Assembly: GCA_020886235.1 (NCBI GenBank)
Contig: AP025250.1
Location: 1,054,715-1,118,714, forward strand
DNA length: 64,000 bases
Source of the DNA: Candidatus Dependentiae bacterium Noda2021
GTDB lineage: Bacteria; Babelota; Babeliae; Babelales; Vermiphilaceae
Direction: 5' to 3'
Position numbers and translations under genes: made by a program. Each line of letters begins with the position of its first letter. The stretch's first letter is position 1. Shown piece after piece: positions 38,321-48,430 of the stretch. The notes below the pieces were generated by a model. The model worked only from the letters and a program-made list of their open reading frames with translations. It did not search any database and was not told the DNA's origin.

Positions 38321-39568
38321 ATGAGAATTGGAATTATAGGCAGTGGTGCAGCAGGACTTGCAAGCGCCTGGTTATTAGAAGAACACCACGAAGTACTATT
38401 GTTTGAAAAAAATGATCGTTTTGGTGGCCATGCACAAACCGTGTATGTTAATCAGAGTGATACACAAATCCCTATTGAAATTGGCTTTGAATTTTTTAAT
38501 GAGCGTATGTATCCTCATTTTTGTAGGTTACTGGCTGCGCTCAACGTTGCAACGCGTACCTTTGATTTTACCTACACGTTTTATCAACCCGAGAAACAAT
38601 TACTCGTGTTACCTCCTATACAAAAGAATAAGATCTTTTGGCATTCATTCTCAGCGCGTAATATCTGCAGCCTCATCCAACTTAAAAAAGTTATTGCCAA
38701 ATCACATGAGCTCATGATGAATAAAAATGGTTTGGTAACACTTGAAGAATTTGCAAAACGCCAAGGTATCTCATCTCACTTTATGTCACAGTTTTTTTTA
38801 CCTCTTTTTTGTGCCGGGTGGGGAGTGAGTGCAGAAGAGTTTGGTACGTTTTCTGCCTACAATGTGCTTGCTTACATTGTAAAAAATCAACCGATAGGCT
38901 TGCAACCGAGCATTTGGCTTGAAATCATAGATGGCATGAGCTCCTACATTTCTAGACTAATAAACAGCTTGACACGAACTCACTTGAAAAAGTCTACAAC
39001 CATTACTTCTGTATCGTATGCAAATGATGAGTATACAATTGCAACACACACTAATGAACTACTTACCGTTGATCACCTTGTAGTTGCTACCGATCCACAC
39101 AGTGCACCAAGTCTTTTACAATTAATTGATCCCGACAAAGCGCGCTATAACGCAATTTCTTCAATTGAATTTATCCCCACAACAATTGCCGTACACCAAG
39201 ATCCACGATTCATGGCACCAAGAAAACAGGATTGGTCTGTTGCCAATGTTAATTATAATGGTACTTACAGCACGCTGACCATCAACAAACAATGGAAAAG
39301 TAGCAACCTATTTAGAAGCTGGCTATTGCCTGGTTTTCCTGAACCCGTGCAAATACATGCAACGCAAGACTATTTTCACCCAAAGCCCAATCTCAATTAT
39401 TTTAAAGCACAACAAGTCATTGCTTCCACACAAGGCATCAACAACCTTTGGATAGCAGGATTGTATACAAATGACATCGATTCACATGAAAGTGCGGTGG
39501 TATCTGCAGTTACTATAGCAAAAAAATTGGCTCCGCAATCCAAACGATTGCAGAGCCTTACTAATTAA
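38321..39568 (+). CDS. FAD/NAD(P)-binding amine-oxidase-like oxidoreductase
   Basis: N-terminal dinucleotide fold MRIGIIGSGAAGLASAWLLEEHHEVLLFEKNDRFGGHAQT. 415 aa. Confidence 0.6.
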   Translation: MRIGIIGSGAAGLASAWLLEEHHEVLLFEKNDRFGGHAQTVYVNQSDTQIPIEIGFEFFNERMYPHFCRLLAALNVATRTFDFTYTFYQPEKQLLVLPPIQKNKIFWHSFSARNICSLIQLKKVIAKSHELMMNKNGLVTLEEFAKRQGISSHFMSQFFLPLFCAGWGVSAEEFGTFSAYNVLAYIVKNQPIGLQPSIWLEIIDGMSSYISRLINSLTRTHLKKSTTITSVSYANDEYTIATHTNELLTVDHLVVATDPHSAPSLLQLIDPDKARYNAISSIEFIPTTIAVHQDPRFMAPRKQDWSVANVNYNGTYSTLTINKQWKSSNLFRSWLLPGFPEPVQIHATQDYFHPKPNLNYFKAQQVIASTQGINNLWIAGLYTNDIDSHESAVVSAVTIAKKLAPQSKRLQSLTN

Positions 39569-39570
39569 AG

Positions 39571-39864
39571 TCACTGTGTGGGCTTACCAAAGAGTATGCG
39601 TAACTCATTTTTGGCTTTTTCAAGCCGCGCTTTATCTTTGTCTGGCAGTTTTTTGCCTGCACGATTAATGTATAAATTAAGCATAGACATAGCTGATTGA
39701 AACTTAGTGCCCTTAGTGCGGTCGCTTTCCAGCACTGCTTCCATGAGCCCTTGAGCTATATCTTTGGCTGACCAGGTAAATATACCTTCAGGGAGATCCA
39801 TGGCATTTGATGTTTCTTGAACTTTCTTCACCCAGGACGTGTTATTTTTTTTCTTCTTAATCAT
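39571..39864 (-). CDS. Small conserved hypothetical protein (DUF3175-like)
   Basis: The track ORF is 39571..39975. Starting at the Met at 39864 (MIKKKK...) avoids overlap with the upstream gene. The FQSAMSMLNLYINRAGKKLPDKDKARLEKAKNELRILFG segment resembles DUF3175-family proteins. Confidence 0.4.
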   Translation of the reverse strand: MIKKKKNNTSWVKKVQETSNAMDLPEGIFTWSAKDIAQGLMEAVLESDRTKGTKFQSAMSMLNLYINRAGKKLPDKDKARLEKAKNELRILFGKPTQ

Positions 39865-39883
39865 ACAGCCCCAACAAACAAAC

Positions 39884-40570
39884 TTACCAAATGATGAGTT
39901 CTGGGCTGCATCCGGGTGCTGTGGTGCTGCCATAAATTTGCGCATGCATATCAAGCTTGTCAATAAAAAGTACATTTAACGCGCCTTGGTGATGCTTTGT
40001 GAGGATATAGTTACCCATAGCCTCTTCAAGATTTACAAAATTATGTTCCATGCGGTTGTAATCTAAGCTATTTGAAAGTTCGATCAAATATTTTACTTTC
40101 ATGGCAAACGCAGCACTTACCATATTACCGTTATACACAATTTTAACTATTGCATCATATCCAAGATTTGCGTGTACTTTTTGTAAAAAATAATCAGTGG
40201 CAAATTTGTGTCGACCGGTTAATTTTATGACCATATCATCGGGTTCAAAGTTAAAATGCGTAACAGCATCTAATACTGCCTTAGCTTCATTGATACCTTG
40301 ATTGCGCAAATGCGGGTTGTTAACGTGTGTATAGTAAACGTGATCCGAATACTCTTCTAAAAAGGTTGGTCCCTGTTTTTTGAGTGATTCAACTATGTAC
40401 AAATCAGCCGGGCCAATTCCGTAATTGTTAAAAGCGGCAAACGATTCAAGATACTGTTGCTTTCTAAAATCAAAATGAAGATCAGACAACGCGGCCGTTA
40501 ACAAAATTTTTACGGCTGCTCCACAATTCATCGTTACGCAAAAAAGTAATGCGAGTATTTTTTTATTCAT
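39884..40570 (-). CDS. Secreted hypothetical protein in the sugar-modification cluster
   Basis: 228 aa. Signal peptide MNKKILALLFCVTMNCGAAV. No recognisable domain. Confidence 0.4.
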   Translation of the reverse strand: MNKKILALLFCVTMNCGAAVKILLTAALSDLHFDFRKQQYLESFAAFNNYGIGPADLYIVESLKKQGPTFLEEYSDHVYYTHVNNPHLRNQGINEAKAVLDAVTHFNFEPDDMVIKLTGRHKFATDYFLQKVHANLGYDAIVKIVYNGNMVSAAFAMKVKYLIELSNSLDYNRMEHNFVNLEEAMGNYILTKHHQGALNVLFIDKLDMHAQIYGSTTAPGCSPELIIW

Positions 40571-40579
40571 CCTACCCTC

Positions 40580-41503
40580 TTAATTTTTTTGCGCTGCAAT
40601 CTTTTTAAATAACTCAACCAATGAATCCTTAATGTGTGGTACATCGGGATAATACGTGAGTAACTTTGCCGCGCTGAGTTCAGCATTGGCACGACGCGCT
40701 TTTAACGTGGCGTCCTGTTCTTGGACCGTTAAACTTTCATACTGATGTTTTGAGTCAATATACTGCTTATACAAATCAAGCACCTCATGATGAGAGATAG
40801 CACCAGGATTTACTAAATTAAAGTTACCTTTAATTTTTTTAACGGTCATATCAACTGCCAACGGCAACAAATCATCTAAAACTGATAATGAATTAGGAAT
40901 ATTCACCACACGTGGGTAATTTATTATTTTACCCACAAAGCCTTTATCTAATTCTAAAGACACTGGCATCTTGATGCGTAAGTTTAATACGTTTGGATAC
41001 TCAAGCAATAATTGTTCGAGTATTATTTTGGTATGCGAATAAAATGAACCATCAAAATTAGGTTCTTCATCTTCAGTAAAGCCTTTACCACTATACATAG
41101 GATGCTCAGCATCATATTCATAGATGCAACCCGTGCTAATGTTCGTTACATGTATATTATATTCATTGGCAACATCAGCTAATGTCACCGTTCCCAACAC
41201 ATTTACTCTAATGGTTTGCTCTTTGTGCGTTTCGCACCAATCAACGTTGGGCTTACCGGTAAGTCCAGCAGCGTTAATGATATAATCTGGCTTGAAATGT
41301 GCTATTTCATTCTGCAGATCTTGTCTATTTTCTAAGCGGGATGTTGCATGCAAAACTTGGTGGTTACCTTGTTCAAGCAACCTAACAATTTTTTGACCAA
41401 TCCAACCTGTTTTTCCACCAAATACTAAGACGCTATCAGCGTTGCATTGCTCAAAAGATGCTATAACGAGTAACGGTAAGACAGCTATAAATTTTAGTTT
41501 CAT
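40580..41503 (-). CDS. NAD(P)-dependent sugar-nucleotide reductase/epimerase, RmlD-like (dTDP-4-dehydrorhamnose reductase family)
   Basis: Rossmann VLVFGGKTGWIGQKIV after a hydrophobic N-terminus. The YSHTK-type catalytic region is loosely visible. Confidence 0.5.
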   Translation of the reverse strand: MKLKFIAVLPLLVIASFEQCNADSVLVFGGKTGWIGQKIVRLLEQGNHQVLHATSRLENRQDLQNEIAHFKPDYIINAAGLTGKPNVDWCETHKEQTIRVNVLGTVTLADVANEYNIHVTNISTGCIYEYDAEHPMYSGKGFTEDEEPNFDGSFYSHTKIILEQLLLEYPNVLNLRIKMPVSLELDKGFVGKIINYPRVVNIPNSLSVLDDLLPLAVDMTVKKIKGNFNLVNPGAISHHEVLDLYKQYIDSKHQYESLTVQEQDATLKARRANAELSAAKLLTYYPDVPHIKDSLVELFKKIAAQKN

Positions 41504-41521
41504 GTCTCTCCTTTTTATTTT

Positions 41522-42598
41522 TTACAATACACCCACTGAGTTAAAAAACAATAAGAGATCTTTTTTTGAAATAATCTCATTACCTGAGGTGTAATCATTC
41601 ATCTCTTCTTTGCTCAATTTTCTGCCATGAACAACGTATTCAGGATCAGGTTGCGTGCTTGCAATAGTAGGACGAATTATGTAATAGCCCTTGTATTCAT
41701 AGGTGCGGGCTACTTCAGATTCGTTTATCAGCGTTTCGTGTATTTTTTCACCCGGACGCAAGCCAATTAATTTAACAGGATTTTGAGCATTGTGTTTTTC
41801 TTTTAGAATTTCTATCAAGTCAGTTACTTTAAGCGCGGGAAGCTGAGTTACAAATATTTCACCACCAATGCCATATTGTAGCGCGCTGAATAAGGTTTTT
41901 ACCGCCTCTTCTTTGGTAATAATAAAACGCGTCATATGTTCGTCGGTAAGCGTTAAATCTTCACCTTTGAGAATTTTATCGGTAAATAGTGGTATTACTG
42001 AGCCAGTGCTTTCCAAAATATTACCAAAACGGGCTACTACAAATATTGTGTCGTTGCCGTTGCTCACATGATTGGTGAATATTTTTTCACTTACAAACTT
42101 ACTTGCGCCGTAAGCATTAATAGGCCAACATGCCTTATCGGTAGACATAAACAATACTTTTTTTACCTTATTTTCAAGGCACGCATTGTACACATTAAGA
42201 GATCCGATAATATTTGTTTTTATGCCTTCTTCAACGTTGTGCTCTACTGACTCAATACGCTTGAGTGCCGCTACATGAAAAACAATGTCCATATCTTTAG
42301 TTGCTTTTAATACATTGTGATAATCACGGATGTCACCCAACAGGGTTACCACTTTAGGGTTGTTGTTAAAGGTACGCGTGACATTAAAATGCTTAACTTC
42401 ATCACGGCTAAAGATAGTAATTTTGTGGGGATTATATTTTAACAATTCTGCGGTTATTGCGCGGCCTAAATAGCCGGTACCGCCAATTACCAGAATGTTT
42501 TTATTTTGAAATAATGAAAAATTTTGATCATCCGTTGCATAATTACTCATTGCTGAAAAACACGCTGTAATTGTCAGTGCCCATATAAAAATCTTCAT
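41522..42598 (-). CDS. Polysaccharide biosynthesis protein, CapD/PseB/WbpM family (UDP-sugar 4,6-dehydratase, PF02719-like)
   Basis: NILVIGGTGYLGRAI, FMSTDKACWPINAYGASKFVSEKIF, RFGNILESTGSVIPLF and TDEHMTRF motifs. Hydrophobic N-terminus. Confidence 0.65.
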   Translation of the reverse strand: MKIFIWALTITACFSAMSNYATDDQNFSLFQNKNILVIGGTGYLGRAITAELLKYNPHKITIFSRDEVKHFNVTRTFNNNPKVVTLLGDIRDYHNVLKATKDMDIVFHVAALKRIESVEHNVEEGIKTNIIGSLNVYNACLENKVKKVLFMSTDKACWPINAYGASKFVSEKIFTNHVSNGNDTIFVVARFGNILESTGSVIPLFTDKILKGEDLTLTDEHMTRFIITKEEAVKTLFSALQYGIGGEIFVTQLPALKVTDLIEILKEKHNAQNPVKLIGLRPGEKIHETLINESEVARTYEYKGYYIIRPTIASTQPDPEYVVHGRKLSKEEMNDYTSGNEIISKKDLLLFFNSVGVL

Positions 42599-43010
42599 TA
42601 TTACTCCGCTTTTATAACTTCTATCGCTTCATCAAGAGCTTTATACTAAATCATCTCTTTAGCTTTAACATAACAAACAGGAATTATGAATAGTTTTTCA
42701 CCCGCTCAATTGTTAACTATTTTGGATGAATTAATTTAATATCCTTTTAAATAAATTATATAAGTAAAAATTTTAAATTTGGTTGACATTATTCAACATC
42801 AAAGAATCACTCGCGACAATCATTTATTAAAATCTAATTATTCAACAAGTCTTGCGCCGCAATTAAAAATTATTGGGGAATTGAGTTTGATGAAAGCACC
42901 TATGTTAACAGAACTTTTGAAAAAGATGGCCGTACCTGGCACTTTATACACTATCCGTTCTGTAATGGTTTAGCGGTACTTAAGCGCCTTAAAGCGTAAA
43001 TTCTCAGTAA

Positions 43011-43052
43011 AAATAAAAAAGAACCTTCACGGATTTGTGAAGGTTCTTTTTT
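43011..43052. terminator. Stem-loop flanked by A-run/T-run; terminator for the minus-strand rarA transcript
   Basis: AAATAAAAAA GAACCTTCAC-GGATTT-GTGAAGGTTC TTTTTTATTTT, abutting the stop at 43051. Confidence 0.5.
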
Positions 43053-44187
43053 ATTTTAAATATTTTTTGTTTTTTAATTTCTTAGGCAAGAGACAATCAA
43101 GTGTATATTTTTGGTATCCATCGCCATAGCCTAAATCTTTCATTAATTTAGTTAGTGCGTTTCTTATGCTCATGGGTACCGGTAAATTGCCGTACTGCTT
43201 AACATCGTCAACCGCGCTAAAATAGGCATAATAAGACGCTTTGCTTTTTGGCGCTTTGGCCAGATAACATACGCCATGACTTAAGTTTATGGCACACTCA
43301 GGATACCCAATGGTCTCTACCGCCCTGAACACTGCATTGGCCAGAACTAACGCATGCGGATCTTCAAGACCAATATCTTCTGAGGCAAAAATCACCATAC
43401 GGCGAGCAATAAATTTGGGATCTTCACCTGCTTGTATCATGCGAGCCAACTAATAAAGAGCAGCATCTGGTTGACTTGCCCGCATAGACTTAATAAATGC
43501 TGAAATCGTATTGTAATGTTCTTCAGCTTTTTTATCATAACGCAGGGTAGAATCTTGTAGGGTTTTTTGTAGACTCTCAACCGTAATTTCTTGATACAGC
43601 TTGAACGCATTCTCAACCATCACCAGTGCTTGCCGAGCATCCCCATTGGCCATCCGCGCTAGCCACTCTTTTGCCTCATTATCCATGGCATGCCCGGTAT
43701 GGGCGATAATGGTTGCTATATCTTCAGGGCGCAACTCTTGTAATACAAAGACACGACAGCGTGAAAGCAGGGGAGAAATAACCTCAAAGCTTGGATTTTC
43801 TGTGGTTGCGCCAATGAGCGTAAGGGCACCCGATTCTACATAGGGCAACAAAAAATCTTGTTGAGCTTTATTAAATCGATGAATTTCATCAAGAAATAAG
43901 ACCTTGGGGCGATTGCTCTCTTGAGAAGACTTTTTATCAATAATCTTTCTAATATCTTCTTTACCCGTAGAAACCGCTGAAAGCTCATAGTAATCTGCGT
44001 CAAGAGCACTGGCATAAATGCGAGCTAGGGTAGTTTTACCCACTCCAGGCGGACCCCACAAAATAAAGCTAAAAATATGTTTTTTTTCAATTGCTATTCT
44101 GAGTGGTTTGCCCGATCCCACCAGATGCTCTTGGCCTACAAAAGCTTGAAGGGACTTTGGGCGGATTTTGGCTGCTAAAGGTTCCAT
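43051..44187 (-). pseudogene. rarA: Replication-associated recombination protein A (RarA/MgsA, AAA+) interrupted by one in-frame TAG
   Basis: The N-terminal ORF 43450..44187 has Walker A ILWGPPGVGKTTLA and ends ...DAALY. A TAG follows on the coding strand at 43450-43452. The same frame then continues TTG-GCT-CGC-ATG = [27 protein letters not shown] (MgsA_C). E. coli has DAALYW-YAR at this junction, so the stop sits where Trp (TGG) is expected. Confidence 0.75.
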
Positions 44188-44306
44188 TTAAACCTCACAC
44201 CGGTAAAATACAATTTGACTGATAAAATGAATTAATCCATAATTTTAGTATAATTAAAAAATAATTTTTAGCGAGAACAAGCCACCTTTTATCAAGGATC
44301 ATCATA

Positions 44307-44684
44307 ATGAATTTTAAGAAAATAGTTCAGAAAACCATTTTAGCAGTTTTGAGTGTTAGCAGCATAAGCTATGGCACATTGCCACATGGTATCAGTGTTT
44401 TTACTTTTTCGAGTGTACCGGGACAGGAATTAGTCGACAATGCCCCTGCCGGTAAAGAGACAGTGGACGCTAAAACAGAAAAAATTCGTAAATATACCGA
44501 TATCGCTGCGTGGGCGGGTGTTGCAACGGTAAATGCTCTCGTGTTTGGTCAGGTGTACTCAGCACTTATAAAAAAAGTAGAACTAACCGGTCAAATCTCT
44601 GCAAAAGACTGCATAGCTCCGGCAGTGTTAACAGGCAGTCTATATAAGTTAGGCCAGATGCTACACAATAAGATTCGATCTTAA
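44307..44684 (+). CDS. Secreted hypothetical protein
   Basis: 125 aa with signal-like N-terminus. Confidence 0.4.
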   Translation: MNFKKIVQKTILAVLSVSSISYGTLPHGISVFTFSSVPGQELVDNAPAGKETVDAKTEKIRKYTDIAAWAGVATVNALVFGQVYSALIKKVELTGQISAKDCIAPAVLTGSLYKLGQMLHNKIRS

Positions 44685-44690
44685 AAGATA

Positions 44691-44716
44691 GGGCGCTCCA
44701 AGCGCCCTTTTTTTAT
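44691..44716. terminator. Bidirectional intrinsic terminator
   Basis: GGGCGCT-CCAA-AGCGCCC followed by TTTTTTT. It lies between the stops at 44684 (+) and 44713 (-). Confidence 0.5.
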
Positions 44717-44919
44717 TTCTTTTTTTTGCGAAGCATTGGCAAGCCAGTACGCTCATTTTCCATTACTTCATAACCAGCAGGTAACGCATCAAGCGAATTT
44801 TTACCTTCTTCCCCGGCAAAATAGAAGATTTTTTGCTTACGGTCACCGGCTAACTTAACTTCTTTGGTATGCAAGTAGTAAGTCTTTCCGCTTTTTTTGG
44901 ACTTCACGCTAAAAGCCAT
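44713..44919 (-). CDS. Small basic hypothetical protein
   Basis: 68 aa, Lys-rich, with a C-terminal KKKK tail. Has a bounded promoter-side intergenic region. Confidence 0.3.
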   Translation of the reverse strand: MAFSVKSKKSGKTYYLHTKEVKLAGDRKQKIFYFAGEEGKNSLDALPAGYEVMENERTGLPMLRKKKK

Positions 44920-45118
44920 GCTTTGTTCTCCTTTTTTCGTAAAACAATACTAGAGGAATCTTTAAAGCACACCTTAATACATATCAAAGATTAAAATCTA
45001 GAGGTTGCGTGATTTATCTCAATTGAAACATTATCAGATTTAAATAGTTTTTTTGCTCAAAAACAATTAAACCGGTACCATTGCTCTAGTTTGCTAACCA
45101 TTAAACCAAAAAGATGTT

Positions 45119-45535
45119 ATGAAAAAGATACTCTTTGCAATTTTGCTATCAAGTTCAATTTTTTCAATGGAAAAAGACATTCACACCACTATCGCTCATA
45201 TCAATGAAGATCAAAATGCGCTGGAGGGATATTTTTCATCCTTGTTTGATATGATGTCGGTAGCCAATATCCCCGGCAAACCATCAGCGTATGTTAATTT
45301 CTGCAGTAAGCAGAATTCTGGAATCGATAACACGATCGAAACTAAACATATGCAAGCCCATATGTATGTAGGAAAATTGATAGTACCGCGCAGCACAGCG
45401 CTTGATGCAAAATTTGCAGAACTACTCAACGATGAACCGCAGAACAATGAAAAAGCCTGGCAAATGCTAAAAAAACATTTTCTAGATACGATTTTGCGAC
45501 CAGCGTTTAATGAGTATAAAAAGTTAAATGACTAA
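45119..45535 (+). CDS. Secreted hypothetical protein
   Basis: 138 aa. Signal peptide MKKILFAILLSSSIFS. Confidence 0.4.
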   Translation: MKKILFAILLSSSIFSMEKDIHTTIAHINEDQNALEGYFSSLFDMMSVANIPGKPSAYVNFCSKQNSGIDNTIETKHMQAHMYVGKLIVPRSTALDAKFAELLNDEPQNNEKAWQMLKKHFLDTILRPAFNEYKKLND

Positions 45536-45553
45536 CCTATGGACGGTTAGCTG

Positions 45554-47383
45554 CTATAATTTTCGTTTGAACTTTCGCTCAATTTCATTAAGTGAAAGAA
45601 GCCATCCGGTTGGCCTTCCATGCGGGCAGGTAAAACGATTAGGTGTTTGCATAAGATCTGCAAGCAATTGTTCCATGTGAGCCATAGTTAGAATATCGCC
45701 TGCTTTTACTGCAGCTTTGCATGCCATTTGTGCATGAAGTTTTTCATGTATTATTTTTTGAAAATTATCTTTATCAACTTGTTTATATTCTTTTAACCAT
45801 CCAATAGTTTGATGTATAAGTTCTTGTACATCAATTTCTTTTGCATGAACTGGTAGAGAAGAAATAGCAATCTGATTCTGGCCTATTTGCTGCCACATAA
45901 TGCCGTTTTCTGAAAATAAATAATAGTGCGATGCCAATATGTCTAAGTCATCGAGTGCAACTGTAACCATGATGGGAAACAAGAGCGCCACAGGCTGATT
46001 ATTCTCAAACCGATTTGCAAATTTTTCATATAATATGCGCTCATGTGCGGCATGTTGATCTACTAAAAAGAGCCCCTGTTCTTGCTCAATTAAAATATAC
46101 GTTTTATTAAACTGTCCAAGCACCGTGTAGTTACCCAGAATGGGAGTAATTTCCTGAGGCATATGAGACTGGTTTGATGGCTCATTATTTGAAAACAACT
46201 GTTCTTGTATGCCAAGTGACGCTGCCTGCACCACTGGCGTTGTTGAAACGGTTTGAATAGGCATAAACGGCGCGTCGATTTCAAAAGACGGCGTTTGCAT
46301 AGAAAGCGGCATTGAAAAAGGCATATCAGGTGAATAACTGATTGGCTTTTTTTCCTGATAAAACGTAACTTCTTTTCCAATTTGCTCAGACAAATGACGT
46401 TCAAGGCCGTTTTTGACAACCTGTGTTACCAGTGTTTCCACTGATCGTGGATGCAAAAATTGCACTTCTTCTTTACGCGGATGAATATTAATATCAACTT
46501 CGTGGGGATCAATCGTGATAAATAAACAAACAGCCGGGTATCTATCTGCCGGAATTACATTTAAGTATCCCTTAGTAAGCGCTTTAGTCAGTGCTATATT
46601 TTTAACCCAGCGATTATTGACAAAAAAATACATACACGAGCGATCGTATCGGTAGTATTGGTGGTTTGAAATCAAACCACGCACATGAACTTTGTACGCA
46701 CTGTTTTGGCCAGATACTTCAATTAAGCTCTGAGCAAGGGTGGCATCCCATAGTTGTGCAAATCGCTGCGATACATGCTGCGTTGGCGGACAATTGTATA
46801 GCTCGCTACCCTCAGAATACATTTTAAAATGGATCGATTGATAATCAAGCACAAATGCTTGAAATAAGTGTACGATTTGGCGCCATTCAGTATCACGCGT
46901 TTTTAAAAATTTTTTCCGAGCGGGCATATTATAAAACAACTGCTCAACGGTTATATCAGTACCCTGGACACACGGCACTACTGACTCAGACTCGATTACC
47001 CCTGCATGCAAGACTAATTTAGTGCCTTCAATGCCATCTTCATTAGTCAGCAGCGTTACATGGCTGACGGCACTAATACTTGAAAGAGCTTCACCTCTAA
47101 ATCCAAACGTATTAATGCTACTTAAATCGTGAACGCTTGTTATTTTACTGGTTGCATGATGCAAGAAGCATAATCGGGCATCTTCTGGCGACATACCACA
47201 TCCATTATCAATGACACGTATGAGTTCTTTGCCACCGTCAATGATATGCAGCGTAATATGAGTAGCGCCTGCGTCGATTGCATTTTCAACGAGCTCTTTT
47301 ACCACGTTAGCTGGTCTATCAACAACTTCTCCTGCTGCAATTTTTTGTGCTTCGTGCAAGGGAAGTTGTTTAATACGCGCCAT
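45554..47383 (-). CDS. mutL: DNA mismatch repair protein MutL
   Basis: N-terminal GHKL ATPase (IAAGEVVDRPANVVKELVENAIDAGAT, DNGCGM). C-terminal dimerisation domain. 609 aa. Confidence 0.9.
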   Translation of the reverse strand: MARIKQLPLHEAQKIAAGEVVDRPANVVKELVENAIDAGATHITLHIIDGGKELIRVIDNGCGMSPEDARLCFLHHATSKITSVHDLSSINTFGFRGEALSSISAVSHVTLLTNEDGIEGTKLVLHAGVIESESVVPCVQGTDITVEQLFYNMPARKKFLKTRDTEWRQIVHLFQAFVLDYQSIHFKMYSEGSELYNCPPTQHVSQRFAQLWDATLAQSLIEVSGQNSAYKVHVRGLISNHQYYRYDRSCMYFFVNNRWVKNIALTKALTKGYLNVIPADRYPAVCLFITIDPHEVDINIHPRKEEVQFLHPRSVETLVTQVVKNGLERHLSEQIGKEVTFYQEKKPISYSPDMPFSMPLSMQTPSFEIDAPFMPIQTVSTTPVVQAASLGIQEQLFSNNEPSNQSHMPQEITPILGNYTVLGQFNKTYILIEQEQGLFLVDQHAAHERILYEKFANRFENNQPVALLFPIMVTVALDDLDILASHYYLFSENGIMWQQIGQNQIAISSLPVHAKEIDVQELIHQTIGWLKEYKQVDKDNFQKIIHEKLHAQMACKAAVKAGDILTMAHMEQLLADLMQTPNRFTCPHGRPTGWLLSLNEIERKFKRKL

Positions 47384-47455
47384 GAAAAGTCCTTGTAGGG
47401 TAATGAGGTAGATTAAAGTTTAGTATACCACACCACCAAATATTTGAATTATTGT

Positions 47456-48430
47456 TTATAAATTTTCTTGAAATAATTTCAAGCACGCCGCATTTTTTTT
47501 GACCAAATCCTGAGGTAGTTGCTGACTCTTATTTCTTTTTGGCCGAGCTCCTGCTGCAAGCAGTACATTAATTTGCTCTGCATGCCCATAGCGTGCCGCT
47601 TCGTGCAATGGCGTATCACCATCATTGTTTTCAGCGTCCACATTGCTACCAGCATCAATAATGACCTGAGTGGCATTTAGATTATTTTCTTTGATACTTG
47701 CTGATAATAATTGCGCGTATCCAAAAACCAAAGGATTTTTAGCAATTGCTGCTACATAATTTTTGAAAACCATTTCTTGTGTTGATCGTGGCGCAAATTC
47801 TTGTAACAGCATGTGTCGTGCAATACCAATTAGCCAACCCGGATGCACTGACTCAACGATCTGACACCAAAATTCAGTCGCTTTATCCTGCAGCGATAAC
47901 AATAAATTACGCGGATCTGCGCCCATCTCAAGCGCATGGGTAATAATAGTCTCGGGAACTGTATTATGGTCAACCATCGGTTGATAACATTCTATGCGCG
48001 CGCAATGCTCAAGATACGATTTTGCATTAACCAAACCATTTTTTTGCAAAGAATTTAGCAAGGTAAGTTTTCTTAAATAATAAATGGGAGGAAAAATTTG
48101 ATTAACAGGTGACAGGGAATGATGCAAAATAAACTCAATTATACGATTAGTGTATTCTTGGCCTTTTTTGTGATTAATATCTTTAATACCTTTAATCATA
48201 GTATCAGTGTCAAACAGTGATTCTGACCCATTAATACTATTTCTATTTTTTCTAACACCCTCGGGAGAATACAATTGGCTAATGCTTATTATTTTTTGAG
48301 AAATGCGCAATGCTTTTATTTCAAACTCAGTGGTAGTTGTTAATTCTTTACCTTTATGTGTAATTTCTGCACTGTGTGTAGAAAAAAAACTTATAACAAA
48401 AATATATATTACACAGCATCTCTTGATCAT
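47456..48430 (-). CDS. Secreted ankyrin-repeat protein
   Basis: Signal-like N-terminus. C-terminal ankyrin units NDGDTPLHEAARYGHAEQINVLLAAGA. The ...ALEMGADPRNLL segment is shared with the upstream paralogue. Confidence 0.5.
   Translation of the reverse strand: MIKRCCVIYIFVISFFSTHSAEITHKGKELTTTTEFEIKALRISQKIISISQLYSPEGVRKNRNSINGSESLFDTDTMIKGIKDINHKKGQEYTNRIIEFILHHSLSPVNQIFPPIYYLRKLTLLNSLQKNGLVNAKSYLEHCARIECYQPMVDHNTVPETIITHALEMGADPRNLLLSLQDKATEFWCQIVESVHPGWLIGIARHMLLQEFAPRSTQEMVFKNYVAAIAKNPLVFGYAQLLSASIKENNLNATQVIIDAGSNVDAENNDGDTPLHEAARYGHAEQINVLLAAGARPKRNKSQQLPQDLVKKNAACLKLFQENL

Noticed and set aside
38321-39568. FAD oxidoreductase as a carotenoid desaturase (CrtI) supplying retinal for the rhodopsin
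   Set aside because: Only the generic N-terminal dinucleotide-binding fold is recognisable. Its size (415 aa) and context (a methyltransferase and sugar enzymes) do not support CrtI. It is left as a generic amine-oxidase-like enzyme.
46090-46419. 109-aa minus-strand ORF inside mutL (different frame)
   Set aside because: The MutL frame is continuous and conserved across this stretch. The alternative frame is a basic, low-complexity artefact.
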